From the NCBI RefSeq assembly GCF_009914755.1, contig NC_060931.1: DNA of 64,000 nucleotides, one strand, 5' to 3'. The position numbers and the translations under genes were made by a program. Positions 27,735 through 41,750 of the stretch are shown one piece after another. Below the pieces are notes generated by a model that saw only the letters and a list, made by a program, of their open reading frames with translations, had not been told where the DNA came from and did not search any database. The DNA comes from the human T2T-CHM13v2.0 reference genome, Homo sapiens. Position 1 is the first letter of the stretch; the number at the start of each line of letters is the position of its first letter.

Positions 27735-30009
27735 TGATATGGTTTGGCTGTGTCCCCACCCAAATTTCATCTTGAATTCCCATATGTTGTGAAAGGGACC
27801 CAGTGGGAGGTAACTGAATCATAGAGGCAGGTCTTTCCCATTCTGTTCTCGTGATAGTGAGTAAGTCTCAGGAGATCTGACGGTTATTAAAAGGGGAGTT
27901 TTCCTGCACAAGCTCCCTTTGCTTACTGCCATCCATGTAAGACATGACTTGCTCCTCCTTGCCTTCTGCCATGATTATGAGGCTTCCTCAGCCATGTGGA
28001 ACTGTAAGTCCAATTAAACCTCTTTCTTTTGTAAATTGCCCAGTCTTGGGCACATCTTTATCAGCAGGGTGAAAACAGACTAATACAGTAGAGTTGGTAC
28101 CAGTAGAGTTGGGTATTTCTGGAAAGATACTCAAAAATGTGGAAGTGACTTTGGAACTGGGTAACAGGCAGAGGCTGGGACAGTTTGGAGGGCTCAGGAG
28201 AAGACAGGAAAATGTGTGAAAGTTTGGAACTTCCTAGAGACTTGTTGAATGTCTTTGACCAAAAGCCTGATACTGATATGGACAATAAGGTCCAGACTGA
28301 GGTGGTCTCAGATGGAGATGAGAACTTGTTGGGAACTGGAACAAAGGTGACTCTTGTTATGTTTTAGCAAAGATACTGGTGGCATTTTGCCCCTGCCCTA
28401 GAGATTTGAGGAACTTTGAACTTGAGAGAGATGATTTAGGGTATCTGGCAGAAGAAATTTCTAAGCAGCAAAGCATTCAAGAGGTGACTTGGGTGCTATC
28501 AAAGGTATTCAGTTTTATAAGGTAAGCAGAGCATAAAAGTTTGGAAAATTTGCAGCCTGACAATGTGATAGAAAAGAAAAAATTCATTTTCTGAGGAGAA
28601 ATTCAAGCCAGTGGCAGAAATAAGTAATGAGGAGCCAAATTTTAATCCACAGGACAATGGGGAAAATGTCTCCAGGGCATGTTATTGGTCTTCATGGCAG
28701 CCTCTCCCATCACAGGCCCAGAGGCCTAGAAGAAAATGGTTTCCTGGGCTGGGCCCAGGGTGCTCATGCTGTGTGCAGTCTAGGGACTTGGTGCCCTGTA
28801 TCCCAGCTGCTCCAGCTGTGACTAACAGGGTAAAAGTACAGCTTCAGCTGTTGCTTCAGAGGGTGGAAGCCCCAAGCCTGGACAGCTTCCATGTGGTGTT
28901 GACCCTGTGGGTGCACAGAAGGCAAAAATTGAGGTTTGGGAACCTCTGCCTAGATTTCAGAGGCTGTATGGAAATGCCTGGATGCCCAAGCAAAAATTTG
29001 CTGCAGGGGTAGAGCCCTCATGGATAATCTCTGCTAGGGCAATGCAGAAGGAAAATATATGGTCTGAGCCTCCACACAGAGTCCCCACTGGGGCACCACC
29101 TAGTGCAGCTGTGAGAAGAGGGCCATCATCCTCCAGATCCCAGAATGGTAGATCCACTCACAGCTTGCACTGTGCACCTGGAAAAGCCGCAGTCACTCAA
29201 TGCCAGCCTGGAAAAGCAGCCAGGAAAGGGACTATACCTTGCAAAGCCACAGGGGCAGAGCTGCCCAAGACCATGGGAACCCACCTCTTGCATGAGTGTG
29301 ACATGGATGTGAGACATGGAATCAAAGGAGATCATTTTGTAGCTTTAAGATTTGACTGCCCCACTGGATTTCAGACTTGCATGAGGCCTGTAGCCCCTTT
29401 GTTTTGGCCAATTTCTCCCATTTGGAATGGCTGTATTTATCCAATGCCTATACCCCCATTGTATCTAGGATGTAACTAACTTGCTTTTGATTTTACAGAC
29501 TCATAGGCAGAAGGCATTTGCCTTGTCTCAGATGAGACTCTGTACTGTGGACTTTTAAGTTAATGCCAAAATGAGTTGAGACTTTGGGGGACTGTTGGGA
29601 AGGCATGATTGGTTTTGAAATGTGAGAACATGAGATTAGAGAGGGGACAGGGGAGGAATGATATGGTTTGGCTGTGTCCCCACCAAATTTCATCTTGAAT
29701 TCCCACGTTGTAGGAGGGACCTGGTGGGAGGTAATTGAATCTTGGGCACAGATCTTTCCCATGCTGTTCTCGTGGTAGTGAGTAAGTCTCACAAGATCTG
29801 ATTATTATTATTAGGGGGAGTTTTCTTGCACAAGCTCTCTTTGCTTGCTGCCATCCATGTACGACATGACTTGCTCCTCCTTGCCTTCTGCCATGACTAT
29901 GAGGCTTCCCCAGCCACATGGAACTGTAAGTTCAATTAAACCTCTTTCTTTTGTGAATTGCCCAGTCTTGGGTATGTCTTTATCAGCAACGTGAAAACAG
30001 ATTAGTACA
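27735..30009 (+). mobile_element. Complete THE1B-type MaLR element (LTR 27735-28087, internal 28088-29658, LTR 29659-30009)
   Basis: Both LTRs run 'tgatatggtttggctgtgtcccc'...'taca'; ~1.57-kb internal region; purine tract before the 3' LTR; TSD (a)gaat on both sides, within an old L1M. Confidence 0.95.
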
Positions 30010-30419
30010 GAATAAGCCATAATTTATTTATCAATTATATTGTAAATAGATTATTGAGTTGTTCCTCATTTTTCTGTTTGTGTGTTTGTTTTACTATTAT
30101 GCAAATTTTGTTGCTTTACAAAAATTCTCATCTATGTCACATTATGCACATGTGCAAGAGTTTAACATACATACCTCGTAGTGAAATTTCTGGCTCATAG
30201 AAGAAGTACATGTTCCACTTTGCTAGGAATTGTCAAAATAATTTCTAAAATGTTTTTTTCAATAAAGAATTGCACCAGCAGAGAGAGAATGTTGTTGTTG
30301 TGTCAGCTTTCTGCCAAAAGTTGGTAATATCTGACTTTTCAGTTATCATCTTTTCCTTAAGGAAGACCTGCGTCTGTTTTGTATCTTAATAAAACGTTTT
30401 TATTAATCCGATGACATAC

Positions 30420-30791
30420 GTAATGAACTGAATGTTAAGTCCTTCCTAGTTTTATATGTTGAAGCTCTAACCACCAATGATGGTATTTAGAGGTGCGGCT
30501 TTTTGGAAGCAGGTAATTAGGCTTAGATGAGATTATGAGGATAGGGTCCTCATGATGGGGTTCATGCCTTTCTAGAAAGAAACTAGAGAGATTTCTCTCT
30601 CTCTCCACCATGTGAGGACACAGCAAGAAGATGACTAGCTCCAAGCCAGAAAGAATGCCCTCACCAGAAACCAAACTAGCCTATACCTTGATCTTGGATT
30701 TCCAGCCTCCAAAACTATGAGAAATGCATTTCTCTTATTTAAGGCTTTAAGCCTATGCTATTTTGTTGTGGAGCCCAAGCTGACTAATACA
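30420..30791 (+). mobile_element. MaLR solo LTR (MLT1A-like)
   Basis: 'atatgttgaagctctaacc...ccatgtgaggacacagcaagaag...ttccagcctccaaaactatgagaaat...gctgactaataca'; TSD catac/catac. Confidence 0.8.
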
Positions 30792-31019
30792 CATACATAT
30801 ATTTTACTATATTGACATTGACCGAGTTTTGAACTTTTCATTTAATATTACTAGGATTAATTTTTGTTTATATGGAGTGGGTGTGCAATATCACATTTTT
30901 CACATCTATAACCCAAGTCCCAGCTTTTTAATTGAAATTCTGTAATTTCTGTACTAAGCTGCCATGCTATATCTATCACATTTTAAAAGTTCATGTATGA
31001 AGTTCAGCTCTTCTCAACT

Positions 31020-33300
31020 TAGATTCTATTTGATTCCTTGTCCTTGTTCTTTGTTCCTATTTTGTCTTTGTCTTTACTGTTTTTCTGTTTTGTTTCTTTT
31101 TGTGGTTTTAATTGAGCATTTTATGATTCCATTTTCTCTCCTTTTTTAGCATAACTAATTATACTTCCTTTTTTACTTTTTTTAGTGTTGCCCTGTAGTT
31201 TGCAATTTACATTTACAACAAATCTATACTCACTTTGAAATAATACTATAAAGCTTCATGTGTTGGTCAAGTGCCTTATAATAAAAAAAATAAGATCCTA
31301 ATTTCTTCCTCCCTTTTCTTGTATTATTGTTGTCATTTCTTTCATTTATGCATAAGCACACATAAGCATACATATGTAATATGTATATATATAAATATAT
31401 AAAATAATCAAATATATTGTGGTCATTATTTTAAACAGACTTTTATCGGTTGGGTTGAATAAGAAATATAAAAGTGTATATTTTACCTTGACACTTCCTT
31501 ACTTGAATGCTCTTTCTTTATGTAAGTCCAGTTTTCTGACCTATTCTATTTTTCTTCTCTCTGAAGAACCTTTTAACATTTCTCGCAAGGCAGGTCTACT
31601 GGCAACAAATTTTCTCAATTTTTGTTTGTCTAAGAAAGTCCGTATTTCTCTCTCACTTTTGAAGGATAATTTTACAGGGTGTAAAATTCTAGGCTGGTGT
31701 GGGTTTCTTTTTTTTATTTTCTCAACATTTCAAATATTTTCCTCCACTCTTTTCTCACTTGTGTGTTTTCTGAGAAGTCAGATGTTATTCTAATCTATTC
31801 TTCTGTAGGTAAAGTTTGTTTTTTTTAAATTATTTCCTCTGGCTTCTTTCAAGTATTTTTTCTTCATTGATTTTCTGCATTTTGCATATAATATGCCTAG
31901 GTTTTTTGGCATTTATCTCTGTTGTTTTTTTCTGAGCTTCCTGGAACAATAGTTTGGTCTTTAACATTAATTTGGGGGAAACGCTCAGTCATTATTGTTT
32001 AAAACATTTCTTCTGTTTATTTCTCTCTCTCTTCTCCTCCTAATATTCACATTACACACACTTTATGGCTTTTGTAGTTGTCTCATAGTTATTGGACATA
32101 TTTTTTCAATCTTTTTTTCTTTGCCTTTCAACTTTGGAAGTTTCTATCATGAGATCATTAGCATGAGGAAAACTCAGCAATTCTTTCCTCAGTCATGTCC
32201 AGTCTATTAATGAGCTCATCAGAGACATTCTTTATTTTATAGTGTTGTTGTTGTTCTTCAGCATTTCTTTTAGATTCTTTCCTCTTTCCACTCTTTTCAT
32301 CTTTCTGCTTACATTGCCCATCTATTCTTGTATGCTATCTATTTTATCCATTAAAGCCTTCAGCATATTAATCATAGTTGTTTTAAATTCCAAATCTAAT
32401 AATTTCAAAATCCCTGCCATATCTGAGAATGGTTAAAATGTTGTTCTGTCTCTTCAAACTTTGTTTTGCTTGGTTTGGGGGTAGTTTTCTTTCCTTTTAT
32501 TATGTCTTATATATTTCTTTCTTTCTTTCTTCCTTTCTTTCTTTGGATAGCTGGATATGATTTATTAGGTAAAAGGAACTATGGTCAAGAGGCCTTCAGT
32601 GGCATGGTGGTAAGATGTGGGGAGAAAATCCTTGCTTAGGTCTGTCTGTTAGTGAGCCTGGGACTCTACACTGTGATCTTCACAACCGCTTCTGTTTCTG
32701 GCCTTAGGTGAAACAGGATGGCTAGAATGGGCTGACGTTGGGTATCTCCCAGCCCCCAGATCAGTTAGGTTCTGACAAGACTCCAGCAGGTCTCCCAAAA
32801 TATTTTCTCCTGAGGTAAGTCTTTGTAGAAAGTACAGAATGCTCTGGTATATTTCAGTATGGTTCCTTTTCCTCTCCTCTACTGGAAGCAGAAGGGATTT
32901 TTTTTCTCCAGACTTCGCTGGAAAATCCTGGTTGAGCTCTGAATGTAGAATACGAAAACTTTGGGACCTCCCTCCGTCAGGATTCCTCTGGAGTTTTAAA
33001 TTATCAGACTTGTCCACACTAAGCTTTGAGAAATTCTTCAATTACAGTTTAGATTTTCTTACCCAAGCACTGGTTCCCATAGAGGTTTCTGTCTGTGGAT
33101 TTCTGCTTTGGTAGATTGAGATTCTGTACATTTGCCTGTCTCTCCAAATTTGAAGATCAATGATTTTTCCCCTTGACTTCATTTATCTGAGAAATCTAAG
33201 AAGGATTGTTGATTTTCATTTGTTCAGGTTTTTCACTTGTTAGGATGGAGTGGCAACTTTCAACTCCTTACATGCCAAATCAGAAACCAGAAGTCCCCCA
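31020..33300 (-). mobile_element. Old L1M (5'/ORF1-region-like) fragment
   Basis: 'gcaggtctactggcaacaaattttctcaatttttgtttgtctaagaaagtc...ttttgaaggataattt' is typical L1M antisense sequence. Confidence 0.7.
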
Positions 33301-33919
33301 ATGAATTTGTAAGTATTAACATTTTCTGCTGTAATAAACATTTTTTCTAATCTTTGTTAATGGTTAATATTTTAAATAAAGTTTTTGTTTCCATACAATA
33401 AAATTCACTGTTTTGCAACAGCTCTGTAACCGCCACCACAGCCAAGATATAGAAATATCTCCCCTCCAAAAATATTCAGTTGTATCCCTTTTTAGTGATC
33501 CTTATCATTGTATCAAGCTGTTGTGTACATCTGTAGTTTGTACCTCTTATTTGCTGTGTAGTATTCTGTTATATGGATGTACCAGTTTATTTACCTGTTC
33601 ATCAAGTGAAGGATATTTGGGTTGTGTGCGGTTGTTAGCAATTATAAATGCTAACACTTATAAATGCTATAAACATTATTAATGAAGTAGAACTTGAAAA
33701 GCATTACCATTTGATAATAATAAACCACAAAATATTTAGGCATAAATCTAGCAAAATAGGAACAGGATCTATAAACTCAAACTGTAAATCTCATGAAAGA
33801 AAAGAGAACACCTACCAAATTGGGAAATAAAGTATTTTATATTATAAATATAACCCTGTAAGTATTCCATTATAAATATTCTAATATGTGATAATATATT
33901 ATTGATTATAAATATTCTA

Positions 33920-34145
33920 ATATTCAATGGTATAGTAAGAAAATAATTAACAATAACATATAGTATTTTTCAAAGAAGCTAGGTATTTGTAGTGTTCCCA
34001 ACACAAAGAAAAATATTTTAGGTGATGAACATCCCAATTACCCTGATTTGATCAATACACGTTGTATACATATATCAAAGTATCACACATACCCACAAAA
34101 TATGAACAACTATGATATATCAACAAAAATAAAAATAAATAAATA
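33920..34145 (+). mobile_element. L1MA 3' end with A-rich tail
   Basis: 'tgttcccaacacaaagaaa...ggtgatgaacatcccaattaccctgatttgatca' followed by a tail. Confidence 0.8.
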
Positions 34146-37020
34146 TTTGTAGACAGGCTTTTGCATGAACATAACTTTTCATTTCTGTTGGGTAAATACC
34201 ACTGGGATTGCTAAATCATATGTTAAGAATGTGTATAATTTTATAAGAAACTGCCAGTTTTCCACAGGAGCGTGATAGCTTACCTTCTTACTAGCAGAGT
34301 ATGAGCATTCTGGTTGCTGCTTATACTTTCCTGCACTTGGAATTATCCATTTTGTTGTGGTTTGTGTGTGTCTGTGTTTGGACATTCTAGTAAGTTAGTG
34401 GTGGCATGTAATTGTGTTTTTAATGTTCATTTTTCTAATGACTAATGATGCTGAGAATCATATGTAATTATTTGTCATTCATACACTGTTTTCTTGTGAA
34501 GTGTCTACACAAATATTTTGTCCATATTTTAAAACTGCCTTATTTGTTCTTTCCAAGCTAGGTTACTTGTAAATAGCTTATTCCAATCTATACTCTGTCT
34601 TTCAATCCTCTTAGCAATCTTTTTCAAAAGGCAGAGATCTTTATTTTGATGAAGACCAATTTATCACCTTTTTTTCTTTTATGGATCATAATCTATAGGT
34701 AGTAGCTAAAAAAACTTTGTCTAAGATGAGATTTAAAAATGTCCTTTTATGTTTTCCTCCAGAGGTTTTATATCTACAATTAGCTTTATGATCTGTTTTG
34801 AGTTGTTTTTTGCATAAAGTAAAACAAAGAGCTGAGGTTTTGGGTTTTGTTTTTATTCTTTTTGCATATATGTATTCAATAATTCTAACATGTTTTCCAA
34901 AAGATCATTTCTTCTTGAATCAATTAACATTGTTATTTTGTCTAAAAACAATTGATCATGAAAGAATGGGTGTATTTCTGGATTAACTATTATGTTATAT
35001 TGAAACGTAGTTATCTTTTCAGCAAGACAACACTGTTTTATTGTTGAAGCTTTATAGGATGGCTTTAATTTTTTATCAGAACAAATTTTGTTCTTTTTCA
35101 AAATTGTATAGCTAGTCTAGTTTCTAGTTTATTTTTATCCCCATGTAAATTTTAGAATTAGATTTTTGACTTATGCACAAAAACATGCTGGGATTTTGAT
35201 TGGAGATGCACTGAATCTCAACACAATTGCACTGAATTTAAACTAACATCAATATTCAGTATTCCAATTCATAAAAAGGCTGCATTTCCCAATTTTTTAG
35301 TGTTCTCTTTTCTTTCATGTGATTTACAGTTTAGTTTTAGAGATCCTGTTCCTATTTTGCTAGATTTATGCCTAAATATTTTGTGAGGTTTAGTATTATT
35401 AAATGGTAATGCTTTTCAAGTTCTACTTCATTGATAATGCATAGAAATGTAATTAACTTTTCTTTACTGACCTTATATCCTGTATTCTTGCTAAACTCAT
35501 TTTTATGTTCTAGTGCTTATAGATTTCTTGGGATTTTTTAACATATAGAATCATATCTTCTGAGTGAATAATGATGATTTCATTTTTTAAGTCTTTAAGC
35601 TTTTATTTTATTTTATTTTATTTTTTGCTTCACTGTATTGATTAAGACCTCCAGTATAATGTTCAATAGGATTTGTGAGAGTAGACACCCTTGTGTCTTT
35701 CCCAAGATTAAGGGAAAGGCATTTAATTTTTCACCATCAGCTCTGATGTTAGCTAGAGGAATTATTGTTTGTTTTTAATGGGTTTCCCATTGTTAGGTTA
35801 GGAACATTCCCTTCTAGACAAGCTGCTGAGAGTTTTAATCACAAACTGATCTTGGATTTTTTCAAATAATTTCTCTAATTCTCTTTGGAGGTTGTCATAT
35901 GGATTTTCTTCTTTATTCTGCTCTTATGGGGAATCAGATTGATTGCATTTCTAGTGTCAAATGCTTTTTATTCCATTATAGGCTATCTTTTTGGTCATTA
36001 TAGGCTATCTTTTATATATTGCTAGATAAATTTACTACTATTCCAATAAGAAAGTTTGTTTCTTTATTTACCATCAATATTGGATTGCAGTTCTAATTAT
36101 TTATAATGACTGTGGTTTTGGTATCATAATACTAGCTGCAAAAAAAAACGTGTTGAGAAATATTCCACTCTCTTCTGTTTCTGGAAGTGTTTGTGTAATT
36201 AGTTTAATTTCATTAATACTTGTGTTTTTTCTTTCCTTCTATGTGCTCAGTATATAATTTGTCCTTGTTTGTCTAAATTTTCTGAGTAGAAACTTAGATT
36301 ACTGACTTGACCTGTAAAGTTTCTTCTTTTCTAAAATCGGAATTTAATGCTATAATTTCTTTCTAAAGACTAATTTAGCTGAATCAAACAATTTTGAAAT
36401 GTTGAGGTTTTCCTTCGTTCCATATTTTTTAACTTTCCCTGTGATATCTTCTTTGACCCTTGGGTTATGTCTAAGTCTGTTGTTTGATCTTACATACTGC
36501 AAAATTTCCAGGTTTTTTGTTAACGAATTCTAATTGAATTGCAATTTGTTCACAGAAAATACTTTCTATAATTTTATTTTTAAAATATGTTTTATGTTTA
36601 GTTATATTGCCTAGAAAATGGTTCATCTTAATGAATGTTCCATGTGGTCTTGGAAAAAATCTTTTTCTACAATTGTGGAGTAAAATGTTTCATAAATGTT
36701 AATTAGGGCAAGTTGACTAATAGTGTTCTTCAGATCTTCAATATTATTGCTGATTTTCTGCATAATTGTTTTATTTATTGCTGTGAAAGAATAGTTGAAA
36801 TATCCAAAAACAATTGTAGGTTTTTCTATTTCTTCTTTTAGTTCTGCCAGTTTTTGCACCACGTATTTTGAAGTTTTATTTTTAGGTGCATAGACATTAA
36901 ATTTTTATATCATCTTTAAAATTTACCTTTTCATCATTATCTAGTGTCTTTTTATCCCTAGTAATAGTCCTTTTTCTGAAGTCTACTTTATCTGATATTA
37001 ATAGCCTTCTAGTTTGCTTC
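34145..37020 (-). mobile_element. Old L1M ORF2 body (fragmented)
   Basis: Many L1 antisense blocks; ORF 36623-36862 (LKEEIEKPTIVFGYFN...IEDLKNTISQLALINIY) is a decayed endonuclease segment. Confidence 0.8.
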
Positions 37021-37418
37021 CGATTTATTAATATAAATCATGATTTAGGCATTTATCCCTTTTGTAATTTGCTTAGCTTCTTAAATCTATAAATTCATGT
37101 CTTTTGCCCTTATCATAAATAATGTTACTGTGTATGTATGGATTTTATTCAGTCCCAACAGTCTGTTGGTCATCTATTCTTTTGCCAATACCGATTTGTT
37201 TTAATTACTTAATAAGCCTTAATATCTAGTAGTGAAAGTTCTATTAATATATTCTTGTTGCCCTCTCTCTCATGTATATTTATTTGTATGTGTGTCTGTA
37301 TGTGTATACAGACTTTGTATATCAATTCACAGATATACAAATGCAAAATATTTGCTGAGATAACTAGTTTTTGTCTTTGTTTTGCCAAGTAGTATTGGTT
37401 GGACAGTCAGTGAAATGT

Positions 37419-37570
37419 TGTGTGAACGGAAAATATCTTGGGACCCCAAAATCACTAAGGAAAACTTAAGTTGGAAATTGCTTAGGGAAAACCTTCCTCT
37501 CGTTCTGTTCAAAGTCACTAAGATAGATACATACCTGATTGCCTCCTTTGGAGAGGCTAATCAGAAACTC
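37419..37570 (+). mobile_element. MER4A-like ERV1 LTR 5' fragment
   Basis: 'tgtgaacggaaaatatcttgggaccccaaaatcactaag...ctgattgcctcctttggagaggctaatcagaaactc'. Confidence 0.65.
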
Positions 37571-37857
37571 TTGTTTGTCTTTAGTTAAATTGATTCCTAA
37601 GTATTTTGTGAGGTTTTATAACTGTTTTATGAATGTTTTATTTTAAAGTTGTTTGTTTCTAGTATATACAAAACCAAAACTTTTTGTAAATTAAACTTGT
37701 ATCTTTTCACCTTGCTAAACTTTTCTTTTTTGCTACATTATAATAGCCTCCCCTGCCCCCCATAAAATAGTGAATGAGAGTGGTAAAAACAAGCACCTTC
37801 ACATCATGATCAAACTTCGATATGTTGCAATTAAAAGTGAGACTAGCTGTAACATTT

Positions 37858-38169
<312 letters not shown>

Positions 38170-40279
38170 TAGGTTACCTTTGTTAGTTTTTATCTTGAGT
38201 GATTGTTGAGTTTTATCAAGTGGTTTTCCACAATTTTTGAAATTACCACCTGACAGTTCTGCATTATTCTGTTAGCCTTGCAAAGCACATTGATTATTTT
38301 CTAAATGAAAACCATCTTTGTATATTCGAAGTAAACCCCACTCTGTCATGCTGCATTCTTTTATATGTGTCTCTGAAATCATTCTGTTAATATTTTGTTA
38401 AAGAACTTGTAGTTGTATTCCCATAGACTCAAAATAGGTCTATAGTGGTCTGCAGTATATTTGAAATGTCTTTGTATTTTGAAGGTATAAAACATACTGT
38501 AAGCTGTTCCTTCCGTCCCTATTTTAGGGAAAAAAAAAATGCAGTTTTCTGTGTAAATTTCATGAAATTACTATTTATATTTATATTTTTCTGTGTTTTT
38601 AACAGTTTTTGAAGTTTCTGAATTTAGTTTTCAATTCTTATGTAGTTTATCTGTAAATTCTTGGGATTTCCTCCACATAATATCAATCTATCTTTAAATA
38701 ATGACAGTTTTATTCCTTATCTAACCTACTATTTTTTTGTCTTGTTTCATATGTTGGACGTGCAGAGAAATGTCAATGTGCTTTGCATGCTTTAAAAATT
38801 CCTTATAATACTCATATTAAATTGAGAACTTAACATGACTAGAGGCTTGAAATCAGTAAACAGGCTATTGCACCAGTCCAAAAAAGGTGATTATATGTTC
38901 CTGAATAAAGAAATATAACAAAAATATATATTTTAATACGAGAAGAAATGGGAAGAGAATGGATTTGAGAGAAATTTAAAAGATATACTTCATGATAATG
39001 AAATAGGAATGAGTTATTTGTGGACAGGTAATAAAGTCCAGATGACTGCAGAAGAGAATAGGGGACATTCATGTGAGAATAACTACGTATTAAAATAAGA
39101 TAATCATATTCTTGTAAAGGATGCTTTATTTTGAAATGAAGAAAGACAAATGTCTTTCAGTAGTGGTCAAATTCTCCAGTCACAAAATAGTTGAAACTGC
39201 AAAGGAAACATTTTAGCTTCAAATAAAATTATTTTCTTTATTAGAATATTTGTTTATAATATAGTTCAGTAAGAAAAGTGAGTTTTGACATAAATATGTT
39301 TTATTAATGTCTCTGGAACACATGTAGTTTTTCAGTTTGGTCTATACCTATCATGATAAGATTGAGAAAATTATGTAAACTGTCAGCCTGAACAAAAAAG
39401 GTATGGCAAAAATGTGATATGACAAACAGCATCCTATGATGGAACCAGAAAATGATAGCTTGATGTCTGTCTTTAGCACATGTGATAAAGAATGGGGAAA
39501 CAAAAACATTACCAAACATTTCTCATCAATCTTGACAATAATTAGGTGCTTCTACCACAATAACGAGCTTAGTATTTTGGAGATGAGTGATTACTGGTAA
39601 AAATACAGTGTTTCATAATTTTTATAAGGAGTACAAGAAACTCAAACTAACCATTTAGTATGTGGTGAATATGCCTTTGAATGATTTTTATATTTATTGC
39701 AATATAAACTGCAGGAGTATTTATGTGTCACAGTAGCAATAATGTAAGAAGATTAAATCAAGATTCCTACTCTCTCCAAATACTATAAAGATATCATAAA
39801 CCTTAGATTATAAGCAAAGTTGAGGTTAATATTTACCTTAAATAATTTAATACCTAACTTCAATAAAATATCTAAAAATTAAGCACTCAAACCTGATTGT
39901 ATGAATATAGGGAATAAGAGTGAGTGTTCTAATATGAATATATTTGATATCTAATGAACACATGGCAATGTGAAGCAAAAAGGTAAAAAATTAATGTTTA
40001 ATAGAAATAGTGATAGTTGGCACCATTTTTTATTGTATTTAAAATGAGTGTGTTCAATGTTTCGAAATAAATGTAATTATTACTATTGTTATTTCCCCCA
40101 TGCCATTTATTGTTTTAGTTTAAGGAAGCTTCTTGCTCATTCTAGTTTAAGACCTTAAATTAGTGAACATGTTTTACAATTTATCTACATTAAAGTTACA
40201 TCTATATGATGGTCATATTATCACACTTTTATTGCAAATTTTTAATGTGGAAAAAATAACTGATTTTCCAATGTTAAAT

Positions 40280-41750
40280 AAACCTTACAGAACTGCTAGA
40301 CTAACTGCTATGGCTATCTGAAGAAATTAGCAAATACTCTTCCTCCCAAAAAGTAGAAATCTTGGCAAAATTGTTAGAAATAACCATGTCAGTGCCATGA
40401 AAATTACCCAAAAACAAACATCAAATTTAAAACCATTTATCATGAAAAGCTGCTATGAATAGCAGGACATTGTAGTCTTTTTTATCAGAATTTCTCCTAT
40501 TCCCTCTAGGTCGGCAGTGTTCCCAAGGCAATGCTGGCTATTAGAAATAATAGTCATGTTGCCAGGATAAATGGATTTGATTCGAGACAGATTGTGGAAA
40601 TACATGAAAGTGGTTTGTTGATGAAAGTAGAAACCTCAGTAGAAAACAAATGAGAAACCTTCAGAGCTTTGCTAGCCTAAGTTTATGGAACTGGTTATGG
40701 GAGTGGAATACCAGTCAGATTTTATGGGGTAGTTATATGTGAGAGAGCCATACAAGAGACAAATAAGTTCTTCCTACATCCATAGCTGACTAAGAAATTA
40801 GTCAAAAAAGAGATCCATAACAGGCCCACAGAAAGCAAAAAATCAAAGGTAGTGTATAAAATGGTCAAACTTCAAAGTGCTCACAAATCCACATGCAAAT
40901 CCAATGACAAAGGATGAAAAGCCATATAGACTTGAGATGTTTGACTATATCTGTTCAAATAATTAACTGATCACTCATTTATGCAGTCATAAGAGCAACC
41001 AGTAAGAAGTCAAGCAAAGTAAAATAAAAAATAATAAAACATAATTAAATACATAAGTGGCTACACCCCATGAGGAAAATAGATTCATTGTTTAAGACAA
41101 ATTACAAAAATCCTTCAGAGAAATATATCAGAATCAAGAGTTGCTAAAATACATTATATAAATTTTTATTTTTCAACAAAACATGCAACATGGAAAGAAA
41201 CAGTAAATTGAGACCTATACTTGGAAAAAATAAAAAGCAGGCAATAGAAACTGATTCCAAGTGGGCCCAGATGTTAGCTTAGCAGAAATATTTCAAAGTA
41301 GCTATTCTGAATGTATTTAAAGATTACACGACAGTATGAAGACAATGGTTCAAAAATGAGAATCTCAGTAAATGCATAAAAACTAAAAAATAAAATGAGA
41401 AATTCAGAACTGAAAAATATAATAAACAAAATAGAAAATTCACTAAAGAAATTTAAAAGCATATTTAAGATGGTAGAAAAACAACAATCAGTAAACTCGA
41501 AGATTAGTCAATGAGAATTATCTGGTTGAATAACAGAGAAAGAAACAAATGTATCAATTAAGAGAGTCTTAACATACACACACACACAAGTATATGTGTG
41601 TTTAAGAGTAACAGTACTAAAAACAGGGAGAAAGGGAATTATATTGGAGCAAAGTTTCTATTTTCAACAGAATTAACCTGAAGTACATTGTGATTAGTTA
41701 AAATATGTAATGCCATACCTACAGCTGTCACCACCAAAATTCATCTTTAT
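40280..41750 (+). mobile_element. Old L1M 5'/ORF1-region fragment
   Basis: 'gggcccagatgttagctttagcagaaatatttcaaagtagctatt...tgaaaaatataata...aaattcact' resembles L1M ORF1. Confidence 0.6.
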
